DNA of 64,000 nucleotides from a virus (lineage: Duplodnaviria; Heunggongvirae; Uroviricota; Caudoviricetes): IMG/VR virus record IMGVR_UViG_3300028586_000764; one strand, written 5' to 3'. The notes under the pieces are model-generated. The model worked only from the letters and a program-made list of their open reading frames with translations, searched no databases and was not told the origin of the DNA. Position 1 is the first letter of the stretch; each line of letters begins with the position of its first letter. Shown here one piece after another: positions 35,871 through 44,397 of the stretch. The position numbers were made by a program, and so were the translations under genes.

Positions 35871-36320
35871 ATGGACAAACTTCTTCGCATTTTCGTCGCA
35901 CTCGACTGGCTCGTCGGTGGCCTTTCCATTCTTGTTGGACTGTACCTCCAGAACTACTGGGTCGTCGCCGGCGGCGCGCTGGGCCTTCTGGCTGCGTACT
36001 TCAAGCCTGCTGTCATCATCAAAAACAAAATGGAGAAGAAGTTTCTCCGCAAGAAAGTGAAGACGGAAGACTCTGACGTCGCGCTTGCAGAAGACACCTT
36101 CTATGCTCAAGTGCTGGGGGCGGAAGCTGGTGATGAAGTAGCACCGGCGCCTGTCGTGCCCCAGGTGCCACGCGCCTACCCCGACCCACTGCCCCCTTAC
36201 GCAGGCGTGTTCCTGTCAAAGAACCGACATAACCAGGTTCTCCCGCAGCACATCCACCTGCTGGCAGCACCTACGGAATCGGAAACCGTACAGAAAAAAC
36301 TCCCGCCAAGCTTCTATTGA
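35871..36320 (+). CDS. hypothetical membrane protein (2 TM) with Pro-rich C-terminus
   Basis: The sequence includes LDWLVGGLSILVGLYLQNYWVVAGGALGLLAAYF. The RBS is weak. Confidence 0.55.
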   Translation: MDKLLRIFVALDWLVGGLSILVGLYLQNYWVVAGGALGLLAAYFKPAVIIKNKMEKKFLRKKVKTEDSDVALAEDTFYAQVLGAEAGDEVAPAPVVPQVPRAYPDPLPPYAGVFLSKNRHNQVLPQHIHLLAAPTESETVQKKLPPSFY

Positions 36321-36423
36321 TGCAGCTCTAGTGAAAAGTCGGGCGCGTTGCTCGCAAAAACGACAACGCGTTGCTACACACTGAACTACTTTTGAACCAC
36401 CCCGAACTTTTCCCCTCCCAATC

Positions 36424-36534
36424 ATGATACGTTTTCTGAGAACCCATGCGGAAATCATCACTGGCGTTTGCGTAGTCCTGTCTCTCGCACTCTTCGGCCT
36501 GTTGGTTTATCTGCTCAAAGGCAGTGTCTGGTAA
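36424..36534 (+). CDS. possible small hydrophobic peptide (36 aa), not in ORF track
   Basis: The peptide is MIRFLRTHAEIITGVCVVLSLALFGLLVYLLKGSVW. It has no strong RBS and is preceded by an inverted repeat GCGTTG...CAACGC. Confidence 0.3.
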   Translation: MIRFLRTHAEIITGVCVVLSLALFGLLVYLLKGSVW

Positions 36535-36618
36535 TCCCACCAAACTGTTTTTGTCTGAACGCCTTGCTCCCAAGGCGTTTTGCATTTGGTGCTCAACGCA
36601 GGACGCGTCAGCACCAAT

Positions 36619-36659
36619 AAAAAGCCCCTGTGAAGCATGAAGCTGCACAGGGGCTTTTT
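36619..36659. terminator. bidirectional rho-independent terminator
   Basis: The hairpin cccctgtg-13 nt-cacagggg is flanked by AAAAA and TTTTT. Confidence 0.75.
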
Positions 36660-36670
36660 CTCAGGCGCAG

Positions 36671-37108
36671 TTAAGCCGCGGCCGGACGGATACGCACTAC
36701 CAGGCCAGTCACAGGGAGCCTAGTGATGGTGACTTCTTGGCCGGGGCTCAACGGCGCTTCGGCTGGCGTGTCGAGCCAGTAGTGTTCGCCACTGGAGCAC
36801 GCAAGGCGCTCGAATCGGTGTGCAGGGACGGTGGCCACCTCGCAGCGAGACTCGACGAGCGCTTGCGGGTCTTGTGCGTCAAGCTGCCAGGTATCGACGA
36901 ATAGTCCGATGCTCCATAACGTCAGGAGCAAAGCACTCAGCGAACAAACCCGATGCACTTCTGCCCAAGGGCGCGCGCGGATGTTACGTTTGGTAAGGCG
37001 GCACCAGAGCTGCGCGGAAGCTCCGATACTTACAATGAAAAACCAGCGCCAGGCCCACGCTGATTGCAGCAGGGTCCAGGCGCTGGCTACCGCGATGGTG
37101 TCGTTCAT
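36671..37108 (-). CDS. hypothetical membrane protein (145 aa)
   Basis: Two or three TM segments are followed by a C-terminal soluble domain with distant NfeD-like character. Confidence 0.55.
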   Translation of the reverse strand: MNDTIAVASAWTLLQSAWAWRWFFIVSIGASAQLWCRLTKRNIRARPWAEVHRVCSLSALLLTLWSIGLFVDTWQLDAQDPQALVESRCEVATVPAHRFERLACSSGEHYWLDTPAEAPLSPGQEVTITRLPVTGLVVRIRPAAA

Positions 37109-37132
37109 CGCAGAAAATAGCTCATGTCGGCG

Positions 37133-37348
37133 TTACGCGCGGGCGCGGGCCGGACGTTCCCAGAAGTAGAGCACCAGGATGCCCTCGCTGGAGACGCACG
37201 AGGTCGAGCTAGCCAGCTGCCAGTCCTCGCCTTTTGGCGGCTTTGGCGAGATACGGGACAGGTCGTCAGAAATACGCTGATGATTCGGGAAGTCCGGCGG
37301 CACGACGGTAAAGGTGGTTCGGTATTCGTAAGCTGGGTTAAAGTCCAT
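37133..37348 (-). CDS. hypothetical small protein (71 aa)
   Basis: The ORF is upstream of and overlapping the 36671 gene start. The RBS is weak. Confidence 0.3.
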   Translation of the reverse strand: MDFNPAYEYRTTFTVVPPDFPNHQRISDDLSRISPKPPKGEDWQLASSTSCVSSEGILVLYFWERPARARA

Positions 37349-37732
37349 TGCAAAATCTCACATAGTGATGTTCGGGTGTCGCAGGCTGGCAGTGCGTTAC
37401 CTCGATGAAGAACTGGTGGTCAAGCAGGACAGCAGTGGTCTCAGTACGCCAAGCGCAAAAATTGAGAATTGCTATTGCCCGTGTATGGCTGACACAGCGA
37501 ACAGGCTCGATATCGGAAACGGTAAATTGTAAATTCGCAACTGGCCTGAAAAATTGTGAATGCCTGGTGGCATCTGAGATGTTTAGGTCGCCAGCTTTAT
37601 ATCCCGCCCTCTGTAGCCTCGTAAAAATCGGCACAAACAGAAAAACTTTTCTATTGGTTTTGATGTGAGAAAGTGTGACTTTTCTGCGTAACTCACAACC
37701 CCCTGAAATCGCGGGATAGTTGTTTCAAAGAA

Positions 37733-37759
37733 AGAAAAACTCCGGCAAGCTGCCGGAGT
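37733..37759 (-). terminator. rho-independent terminator
   Basis: The minus strand reads ctccggca-gct-tgccggag followed by TTTTTCTTTC. Confidence 0.8.
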
Positions 37760-37768
37760 TCGAATTGA

Positions 37769-38032
37769 TTATGTACGTAGCACTGCGAGCGTAGCAGCAC
37801 TGATAAGCGGGAAGGCCTGCGATTCGAGGACGGTGTAACGGGTGCCGTATGGCGATTCAGCCGTGGACAGCGCTTCGTAATGCTGGGCCAGCAGACTGTA
37901 GGCTTGGCTCTCGGTCTGCGCCTGCACGGGATGGATGACCGACAGGGTCGATTCAGCGTCGTCGTACAGCCCGACCTCCACCTTGCGCACCTGCGCTGTC
38001 ACCATGAAGAGCATCTCGGGGTCGTTTGACAT
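37769..38032 (-). CDS. hypothetical protein (87 aa)
   Basis: The start is at MSNDPEM with an AAGGA RBS 9 nt upstream. Confidence 0.55.
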   Translation of the reverse strand: MSNDPEMLFMVTAQVRKVEVGLYDDAESTLSVIHPVQAQTESQAYSLLAQHYEALSTAESPYGTRYTVLESQAFPLISAATLAVLRT

Positions 38033-38050
38033 AGCTTTGTGTCCTTTCAA

Positions 38051-38070
38051 GTTGTCCTGACTCGTATAGC
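38051..38070 (-). promoter_or_regulatory. recurrent upstream element (GCTATAC-N5-AGGACAAC)
   Basis: The coding strand reads gcgCTATACgagtcAGGACAACttgaAAGGAcacaaagctATG. Confidence 0.5.
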
Positions 38071-38094
38071 GCCGGCGCCGGTGGTAAGTGGGTC

Positions 38095-38128
38095 GCTATA
38101 CGTGTTTTCTAATTTGGATTTGAGGACA
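38095..38128 (+). promoter_or_regulatory. recurrent upstream element (GCTATAC-N21-AGGACA as RBS) for 38133 gene, divergent with 38051-38070
   Basis: The sequence is gtcGCTATACgtgttttctaatttggatttgAGGACAcatcATG. Confidence 0.45.
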
Positions 38129-38132
38129 CATC

Positions 38133-38420
38133 ATGCAAGCATATTGGATTGGCTACTCGGTTCTGTTCGGTCTCTGGCTCGCCCTGGCTGACGGAATTGC
38201 CGTCGATGTGAAGATGAAACACGGTCAGCGTCCCGGTCTGGCCATGTGGTTCTTCGCAGTGCTGGTGCCACTGGCCTATGTGTTCTACCTCTCCCCAAAG
38301 GTAGGATTCGGCGCAGTCGTATTCGGCACGGTCATGTCGTTGGCATTGAAATGGCTGAAACAGCAAGTCGAAAAGGAACACCGCGGCGAGCCCACCTCCC
38401 CGTTGCTGCACCTTTTCTAA
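38133..38420 (+). CDS. hypothetical membrane protein (95 aa)
   Basis: There are 3 hydrophobic helices and a terminator immediately downstream. Confidence 0.6.
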   Translation: MQAYWIGYSVLFGLWLALADGIAVDVKMKHGQRPGLAMWFFAVLVPLAYVFYLSPKVGFGAVVFGTVMSLALKWLKQQVEKEHRGEPTSPLLHLF

Positions 38421-38435
38421 GACAGCACCTACTTC

Positions 38436-38466
38436 AAGCCCATCTTCGGATGGGCTTTTTCTTTTT
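38436..38466 (+). terminator. rho-independent terminator
   Basis: The hairpin aagcccatc-ttcg-gatgggctt is followed by TTTTCTTTTT. Confidence 0.85.
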
Positions 38467-38618
38467 CGAATAAACTGCTGCTGGTGCGGTGAACAGCAGA
38501 TGTTGTTCATTTTACGAGAAGCTTCACAGTTGCAAGCTACTAATTGTTACATTTCTGCAGAAAACGTATATTGTCGACGCGGTACAATTGTGTCCGTGTA
38601 ATCAACAATGTGAAGTTT

Positions 38619-38653
38619 TCGACGGGCAAGAAAAATGCCGCTTCGTCGTAGAC
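38619..38653 (-). terminator. rho-independent terminator
   Basis: The minus strand reads aatgccgc-tatcgtctacgacgaa-gcggcatt followed by TTTTC. Confidence 0.75.
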
Positions 38654-38687
38654 GATAGCGGCATTGAATGATGTCGGCGTAGTAGCG

Positions 38688-39011
38688 TCAGGCCGCGCGT
38701 GCGTGCTTGCGCTGCAGTGCGGCGATTCCTTGCGAAAGTGCCCGTTCCGTGATGGGCTGACCTTGTTCGCGCAGAGCGTCACGTAGTGCGAGCTCACGGC
38801 GGTACTGGGTCAGACGCTCACTCATTGCGTTACGAACGCGCTCACTTTTGACGCCGTGTTCGTGTTCGCCCGGGATGGCCAGGACCGTTTCCAGCATACG
38901 AATGTGCAGCTTCATCTCGGTGGTAGGAAGTCGCATCCCGCGGTCGACCGAAGCCGAAGGCTTGGCGTTGGTGTGGTGACGGCGGAAGTTGGCGTGCATG
39001 ATGTTCGACAT
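38688..39011 (-). CDS. hypothetical Arg/His-rich protein (107 aa)
   Basis: The start is at MSNIMHANF with an AGAGG RBS 5 nt upstream. Confidence 0.55.
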   Translation of the reverse strand: MSNIMHANFRRHHTNAKPSASVDRGMRLPTTEMKLHIRMLETVLAIPGEHEHGVKSERVRNAMSERLTQYRRELALRDALREQGQPITERALSQGIAALQRKHARAA

Positions 39012-39032
39012 GGTGACCTCTTGAAAATTGTA

Positions 39033-39053
39033 ATTGACCAGCCATGTATAGCA
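39033..39053 (-). promoter_or_regulatory. recurrent upstream element (TGCTATAC-N5-TGGTCAAT)
   Basis: The coding strand reads ttGCTATACatggcTGGTCAATtacaattttcAAGAGGtcaccATG. Confidence 0.45.
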
Positions 39054-39139
39054 AGTATGAATCCGCCCGTTTAACAATCGTGCGCCAAAGAATTGTCAAA
39101 TCTACATAATGCTAAAAAGTGCATCATGAGGAGAAAGTT

Positions 39140-39451
39140 ATGAGTGGCCCAGAACTGCTTAAAAGTGCTGAATACAATCCGAACAACCTGCTGGACCAAC
39201 TGCTTGAGCAGATGCGGCTGAAGAATGATGCCGCCTTGGCTCGTGCTTTGGAGGTGGCTCCGCCGGTCATCAGCAAGATTCGACATCGTCGATTGCCAGT
39301 GGGTGCATCTCTGCTCATTCGCATGCACGAGGTGAGTGACTTGTCGATTCGAGACCTGCGATACCTGATGGGTGACCGACGCGGCAAGCATCGCATCAGT
39401 AACGCACAGGGGAACCCTAACCGAGGCATGCCGGACCAAAGTTACAATTGA
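39140..39451 (+). CDS. putative HTH DNA-binding regulator (Cro/CI- or Ner-like)
   Basis: There is an AGGAG RBS. The HTH-like segment is NDAALARALEVAPPVISKIRHRRLPVGASLLIRMHEVSDLSIRDLRYL. AATTGT repeats lie upstream. Confidence 0.6.
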   Translation: MSGPELLKSAEYNPNNLLDQLLEQMRLKNDAALARALEVAPPVISKIRHRRLPVGASLLIRMHEVSDLSIRDLRYLMGDRRGKHRISNAQGNPNRGMPDQSYN

Positions 39452-39551
39452 GGAAAAAGGCTACCGCGTGCTAAGCAACGCGGTAGCAAATGCCATCTCC
39501 TGTGAGAGGCACAGCCTATCATCGGTACGGCAACTTGGAGCGCATAATAGA

Positions 39552-39581
39552 AAACCGCCAGCAGGACGCCGGCGGTTTTGT
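39552..39581. terminator. bidirectional rho-independent terminator
   Basis: The hairpin accgccagc-aggac-gccggcggt is flanked by AAAA and TTTT. Confidence 0.7.
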
Positions 39582-39591
39582 AAATCAGCAG

Positions 39592-40605
39592 TTACCAGGC
39601 AGACAAGGCGCGCTTGCGCTGCTCTTCTGGCAGGAAGCTAGCCAAAGCCCCCTGCCGCATCATCTCAGCACATTCCTTCCCGTCGAACCCGAACAATTCG
39701 CCAACCAGGGCCAGTTCCTGTGAGTGCGTTGTCGCGCTCATCAATCGGTTGTCCGTGCACGGCACGAGCTTGAGACCAAAGTCGTGCAGGGCGCGGAACG
39801 GATGTTCCGTTGCGGACGAAATCGCGCCTGTATGTACATTTGACGAGACGCAGGCCTCGATGACGATACCTCGCTCGCGGACCATTTCGATAAGAATACG
39901 GTCGCCATTCAGGCTGTCAATCAACCGGGTGCCATGGCCCAGGCGCTTGGCACCGTGGGTGACGGCCTCCCAGATACTGTCCAGCCCTGCGGCTTCGCCG
40001 GCATGCAGCGTGATGGGGGCATGCGGCATTTCTTCATAAAGGTCCAGTAGTGCCGGATGCTTCGAGGGTGGAAATCCCGCTTCAGGCCCGGCCAGGTCGA
40101 CGCCGACAACCAAGCTGTTTGGCTGGCGGTGCCGTTGCTCGAACAGCGCGCGAACTTGTGCGAACTCGTCAATGTGACGAAGGCCGCACAGCAGCAGGCC
40201 TGCTTCGATACGGTTACCTGTCTCTTCTCGGCCTTCTCGCACACCCTGCTCCACTGCAGCGATAACCGCGTCAGGCGACAGACCACCGGCGGTGCAGAGC
40301 ATAGGGCCGAATCGCAGCTCGGCCAGCACGACGCCATCGGCCGCCAGGTCGATGACTGCTTCACGCGCGACGCGCACGAGGCTCGACTCCGTTTGCATGA
40401 CACCGACGGTCCATCCGAAGGCTTCCAGGTAGCCCGGAAGGCTGCCGGCTGCCGCGCGTGCTGCCACCAAAGCAGCCAGGCGCGCCGGGTCCCGTTCAGG
40501 CAAAGGCATACCAACCGCGTCTGCCAGTTCGATGAGCGTTTGTGGGCGAAGACCGCCGTCCAGGTGGTCGTGAAGTGCAACCTTGGGAATAGCTTGTGTG
40601 TTCAT
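39592..40605 (-). CDS. add: adenosine/adenine deaminase family protein
   Basis: The motifs are VALHDHLDGGL, TLHAGEAAG and LVPCTDNRL. The start is at MNTQAIPK (40605). Confidence 0.85.
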   Translation of the reverse strand: MNTQAIPKVALHDHLDGGLRPQTLIELADAVGMPLPERDPARLAALVAARAAAGSLPGYLEAFGWTVGVMQTESSLVRVAREAVIDLAADGVVLAELRFGPMLCTAGGLSPDAVIAAVEQGVREGREETGNRIEAGLLLCGLRHIDEFAQVRALFEQRHRQPNSLVVGVDLAGPEAGFPPSKHPALLDLYEEMPHAPITLHAGEAAGLDSIWEAVTHGAKRLGHGTRLIDSLNGDRILIEMVRERGIVIEACVSSNVHTGAISSATEHPFRALHDFGLKLVPCTDNRLMSATTHSQELALVGELFGFDGKECAEMMRQGALASFLPEEQRKRALSAW

Positions 40606-40736
40606 GGTTCTTCCAGCGTCGATGCGCCGGCTCCTAGTAAGTGGGCCGAAGCCAATGTTTAATGTCCTATGTCCTGTAGCGAAACGCAATGGTTGAACAA
40701 TCCCTATATGAGTTTTAGGTCATCTAGGAGTTGTTC

Positions 40737-41114
40737 ATGAGTCACCTTGACATTCAATGGCGCGCCCTCGGCCAGCACTTTGGTTATCCAACTTGCTGCG
40801 TCGAAGAGTTCCTCAAGGACTGTTGCCAAGTCACGAAAGACCGCTATCCCAGCGCTCCGTGGCTCGGCACGGGGTATATCCCTTGTCCGTGCTGCGCCGA
40901 GAAAGCCATCGGTGACTTCGACGACTTCGTCACGACGGTGATTGCGCCAGTACGCTGTGCCAACACGGTCTTTCCGGAAGAAGGTCCGGATGAAGACATC
41001 GACGCAGTCATCGAAGCAGCATGGTACGCAGCACCGCAAATGCAGAAACCGGCCCTGAACACGTTCAGCCCCCGCCGTCTTCCGCAGTGGATGTTCGGCC
41101 TGCTGCGCCTATAG
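40737..41114 (+). CDS. hypothetical Cys-rich protein (125 aa)
   Basis: There is an AGGAG RBS 6 nt from the ATG. Motifs GYPTCCVEEF and CPCCAEKA are present. A terminator follows. Confidence 0.55.
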   Translation: MSHLDIQWRALGQHFGYPTCCVEEFLKDCCQVTKDRYPSAPWLGTGYIPCPCCAEKAIGDFDDFVTTVIAPVRCANTVFPEEGPDEDIDAVIEAAWYAAPQMQKPALNTFSPRRLPQWMFGLLRL

Positions 41115-41123
41115 CAGTAATTC

Positions 41124-41153
41124 ACGCCTCCTTCCTGGAGGCGTTTTTCTTTT
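41124..41153 (+). terminator. rho-independent terminator
   Basis: The hairpin acgcctcc-ttcct-ggaggcgt is followed by TTTTTCTTTT. Confidence 0.85.
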
Positions 41154-41251
41154 GAGCGAGCACAGAAAGTAAAAACCCAATCGCAAAAATGCGATTGGGC
41201 TTCTTGAGAAATCATCTGGTCGAACGACAGCGAAATGTCGTCCGGGATGTA

Positions 41252-42670
41252 TTAACGCCTGACCTTACGCAGACCTGCAGCGGTGGTGACCGGGGTGATG
41301 ATACGGTTGGTTTCCGGTTCCAGAGGGTCACCGTACACCGGCAGGTGACCGGTGATGCCGTATTCCGGGTGGGTGACCCACAGAGCTTGCTGAGCACGCT
41401 CCCACTCGAAGTTCATCTTGTAGACCCATTCGTCGTAACCCTTCAGGGAGCCGTTGACGATGACGTTGGCCACGTTGCCGTACTTGTGGAAGTGACCGCA
41501 GACCATGTAGTCGAAACCACCGGCGCCGCTCTTGACCGCGCGTTGTTGCTTGCGGTGAGCCACTTTCATCATTGCCGGCCAGAAGCCGCCAAGACCACCA
41601 CCACCGCCAATCTGGTCACCGTGGGTGAGCAGGTAGCGGGTGCTGTACAGGTTGAACGGCAGGTCCAGCGCGGTCGAGATGTCGAATTCCACGTTGCACT
41701 TGTCGCCCAGGCGGCCACGCACCAGCATGGCGACCATGTTGTACAGCAGCCAGTCGTAGTTGTCCTTGACGGCAAACTTCGCGGTCGGCTTGCGGTCGAT
41801 ACGACCGTGGTTACCCACGACGCCGGCCACATAAAGCCACGGGAACTCTTTCGCCATCACCACCAGGTTCTGGGCCAGCTTTTCAGCCAGGCTCAGCAGG
41901 CAGTCATGAATCGGCGCATCGTTGGTGATACGCAGTTCTTCGTGAATATTGCCCGAGAACATGTCACCACCCAGCAGAACGGCCATGCCGTCGTAGGTCT
42001 GGCCCGATTGACGCTGATGCAGCAGCTGCAGCGTGGTCGAGAACACACGGTCAGCGCGACGGTTCGCGATTTCCAGGTTGAACTCGTTCAGGCCTTCGAT
42101 TTGGTCCGGGTCCACGACCTCGCCCCAGTGCCAGTCCGACAGCATCAGGGTGGGGATACCCGCGAGGGCTTCCTTCTTCGATGCCTTGGTGCGGTCGAAC
42201 TTCAGCGGCGCACCGGTTGGCTTGATGCGGAAAGCATCCGCCATCTGGTTGATGAGGCCTGCCATGGCCAGGTCGGCTGCGCTTTCGTCGCGGGCCGCCT
42301 TCAGCTGGCGTTCCAGGTCCTTGACCTTGCGGTTCATGATTTGAACTTGCGAAGCGTCACGTTCGGTCGAGCGAACCTTCTTCTTCATTTCGCTGATGCG
42401 AACACCGATTGCCAGTTCCGAGGAACGACCGGCTTTCAGCTTCATGGCTTCGCCGTCGTTTTCCAGCAGGCCGGCGTCGTTCAGCTCTGCGAGCTGGTCT
42501 TCGTCCAGGAAGTTTTCAACTTCTGCCTGCTTAATCCACAGAATGTTGGTACCAGCTTCGTCGGTGTCGTCGATGATGACGGCGCCCGAGGACCAACGCG
42601 TGACGTTCTCGCCTTGTGCTTCCAGTGCTTCTTGCAGCGACAGCAGAATTGGGGAGAGAGTGTTCTTCAT
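41252..42670 (-). CDS. SbcD/Mre11-like calcineurin-type metallophosphoesterase with N-terminal coiled-coil extension
   Basis: The motifs are LSDWHWGE (I), GGDMFSG (II), GNHGR (III) and GHFHK (V). The first roughly 170 aa are coiled-coil. The start at 42670 has an AAAGGAA RBS. Confidence 0.8.
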   Translation of the reverse strand: MKNTLSPILLSLQEALEAQGENVTRWSSGAVIIDDTDEAGTNILWIKQAEVENFLDEDQLAELNDAGLLENDGEAMKLKAGRSSELAIGVRISEMKKKVRSTERDASQVQIMNRKVKDLERQLKAARDESAADLAMAGLINQMADAFRIKPTGAPLKFDRTKASKKEALAGIPTLMLSDWHWGEVVDPDQIEGLNEFNLEIANRRADRVFSTTLQLLHQRQSGQTYDGMAVLLGGDMFSGNIHEELRITNDAPIHDCLLSLAEKLAQNLVVMAKEFPWLYVAGVVGNHGRIDRKPTAKFAVKDNYDWLLYNMVAMLVRGRLGDKCNVEFDISTALDLPFNLYSTRYLLTHGDQIGGGGGLGGFWPAMMKVAHRKQQRAVKSGAGGFDYMVCGHFHKYGNVANVIVNGSLKGYDEWVYKMNFEWERAQQALWVTHPEYGITGHLPVYGDPLEPETNRIITPVTTAAGLRKVRR

Positions 42671-42960
42671 TGCAATTTCCTTTTCGTAGACCCGTTGAAA
42701 CAAACGTTTCGTATTTGAATTCTCAAAATTCAACGGGCATGGTGTTAACTTTTTTGTGTCCTGGAGGGCCCTGCAGAGTCTGCGGGGGCTACCGGCCAAC
42801 GTTCCTATGGCTTGGCGCCGATAACTCTTCATATAGCAACTGCCTTTCCATTTTTGGGAACACGTTTTCGGCTGAAGGAGGACGAGCGCCGACCGCCGGC
42901 GAAGGCCCGCGGCAGGAGGTTTTTAGAAGAACTAGCGGAAATTGTGAAAGAAAGCGTCTT

Positions 42961-42980
42961 GCTATACGAAATAAGGAAAC
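42961..42980 (+). promoter_or_regulatory. recurrent upstream element (GCTATAC-N5-AAGGAAAC)
   Basis: The sequence is ttGCTATACgaaatAAGGAAACcactctacagaagaacaatATG. Confidence 0.4.
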
Positions 42981-42999
42981 CACTCTACAGAAGAACAAT

Positions 43000-43776
43000 A
43001 TGAAACCGTACTTCTTTGTGCTCGGCGCTCCCGACCACGAAATGCAGGAAATCGAGCGCGTCTGTAAGGAGCGCGGCATCAATCACGGGTATGCGACCGT
43101 CAACTGCGGGAACATCGTGCACACGCACGAAGCCTACCGCGCGACAAGTGTTCAGCGCCTCGTACCGCCGGGCTCTCACGTCGTCATGGTCGAATGCTCT
43201 GTCATGGGACTCCCTGCCCACGACGTCGTCGACCACCACCAACCAGGTGACCCAGGCTACGGCATGCCTCCGGAGCGTTTCTTCGAAGGCAGCTCCCTGG
43301 GCCAATTTCTCACGATGCTGGGTCTGGAACCCACGCAGCGCCAACGCGTTATCGCAGCGGCGGACCACTGCCTGACCGCGGCCTACAAGGGCCTGTGCCC
43401 GGGTGTGACGCCCGACGAATTGCGAGCGTTTCGTGAAGAAACCCGCAGCCGCGCGCGCAACGTCTCGCGCGAAGAACTCGCTCGTCAAATCGAAGAGGCC
43501 ATAAAGGCGCTGAAATGCGCACCCCGAATTCGCCTCGCCGACACCGACGTGGCATGGTTCGAGGAAATGGATACGGCACCAGCCGAAGTATCCGAAGCCA
43601 GTGCTCGCATGGGTATGCCGTATGTGTACTTGAGCCGTCAAGATGACGGCCGAGTCAAAGCCGGTATCCGCAGCGCGCCGGCCGACGTTGTCCGCATCTG
43701 GCTCGACCAGTGCGGCCTGTCCAGCACCTATGGCGACCCTCAACGCGGTTTCGCCGGCGGCTATTTCGCTTTCTAA
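43000..43776 (+). CDS. hypothetical protein (258 aa)
   Basis: The long ORF has protein-like composition. No family is recognised. Confidence 0.6.
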   Translation: MKPYFFVLGAPDHEMQEIERVCKERGINHGYATVNCGNIVHTHEAYRATSVQRLVPPGSHVVMVECSVMGLPAHDVVDHHQPGDPGYGMPPERFFEGSSLGQFLTMLGLEPTQRQRVIAAADHCLTAAYKGLCPGVTPDELRAFREETRSRARNVSREELARQIEEAIKALKCAPRIRLADTDVAWFEEMDTAPAEVSEASARMGMPYVYLSRQDDGRVKAGIRSAPADVVRIWLDQCGLSSTYGDPQRGFAGGYFAF

Positions 43777-43908
43777 GCTAAGCCGTACGTGTCTTTGCAC
43801 ACAAAATCATTACCAAACTCCGAAGCGCCTCCCCGGCCTTCGGAGTTTTTCATTTGGGCGGCGGTTTCACCCCAAAGAAAAACGCCCCGAGAGGGGGCGT
43901 TGAGTGAA

Positions 43909-44358
43909 TCAGGCTACCGAGATATAGCCTGGGAGTTCGTCGAGGCGATAGATGCCCGGAACGTGGGGGAACTGCGGCACCTCGAGGTCTTCCCAGCCGT
44001 TGATTTCCCGGCCTTCAACTTCGCGTGCGTCCAGGAACAGACGCATGTCACACGAAGTTTCGAGGTAGTAGAACTTGTCGTCCAGATACGAAAAGCGCGA
44101 GATGCGATTCGTGAGCTTGAGGCGAGTGATTTCGTCCTTCGGTACGCGCAGCCACGAGTGTCGCGGCGATTCGATGCGGACCAGCTCCAGCTTCGAGTCT
44201 TCCAGTTCGATTTCGGTATCGTGAATCCACCGTTCCAGCAGTTCAACGGCGAAGGTGCACTGCAGGGGCAGTGGGAGTGCCTTCAGCTTGACGATTTCGG
44301 CCTTCGCTTTCGCGTGGGCCACTCGCAGTTGCTCGAGGGTGACAGGTGCCTGGGTCAT
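43909..44358 (-). CDS. hypothetical protein (149 aa)
   Basis: The start is at MTQAPVTLEQ with a GGAG RBS 6 nt upstream. Confidence 0.55.
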   Translation of the reverse strand: MTQAPVTLEQLRVAHAKAKAEIVKLKALPLPLQCTFAVELLERWIHDTEIELEDSKLELVRIESPRHSWLRVPKDEITRLKLTNRISRFSYLDDKFYYLETSCDMRLFLDAREVEGREINGWEDLEVPQFPHVPGIYRLDELPGYISVA

Positions 44359-44377
44359 GCTGTTCTCCGTAAATGTG

Positions 44378-44397
44378 ATTGTCCTATTCAGGATAGC
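44378..44397 (-). promoter_or_regulatory. recurrent upstream element (GCTATCC-N5-AGGACAAT)
   Basis: The coding strand reads tcGCTATCCtgaatAGGACAATcacatttacGGAGaacagcATG. Confidence 0.5.

Noticed and set aside
37405-37668. 87-aa + strand ORF and 98-aa minus ORF in the 37380-37735 gap
   Set aside because: Neither has an RBS, both read through repeat elements, and both have biased composition. They are treated as non-coding.
37745-37770. GGAGTTCGAATT resembling a tRNA T-loop
   Set aside because: No acceptor, D or anticodon arms can be drawn. The sequence is the 3' half of a terminator hairpin. I recognised no tRNA genes anywhere by eye, though a covariance search was not possible.
41189-42718. 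509-aa + strand ORF
   Set aside because: It is antisense to the SbcD-like phosphoesterase gene.
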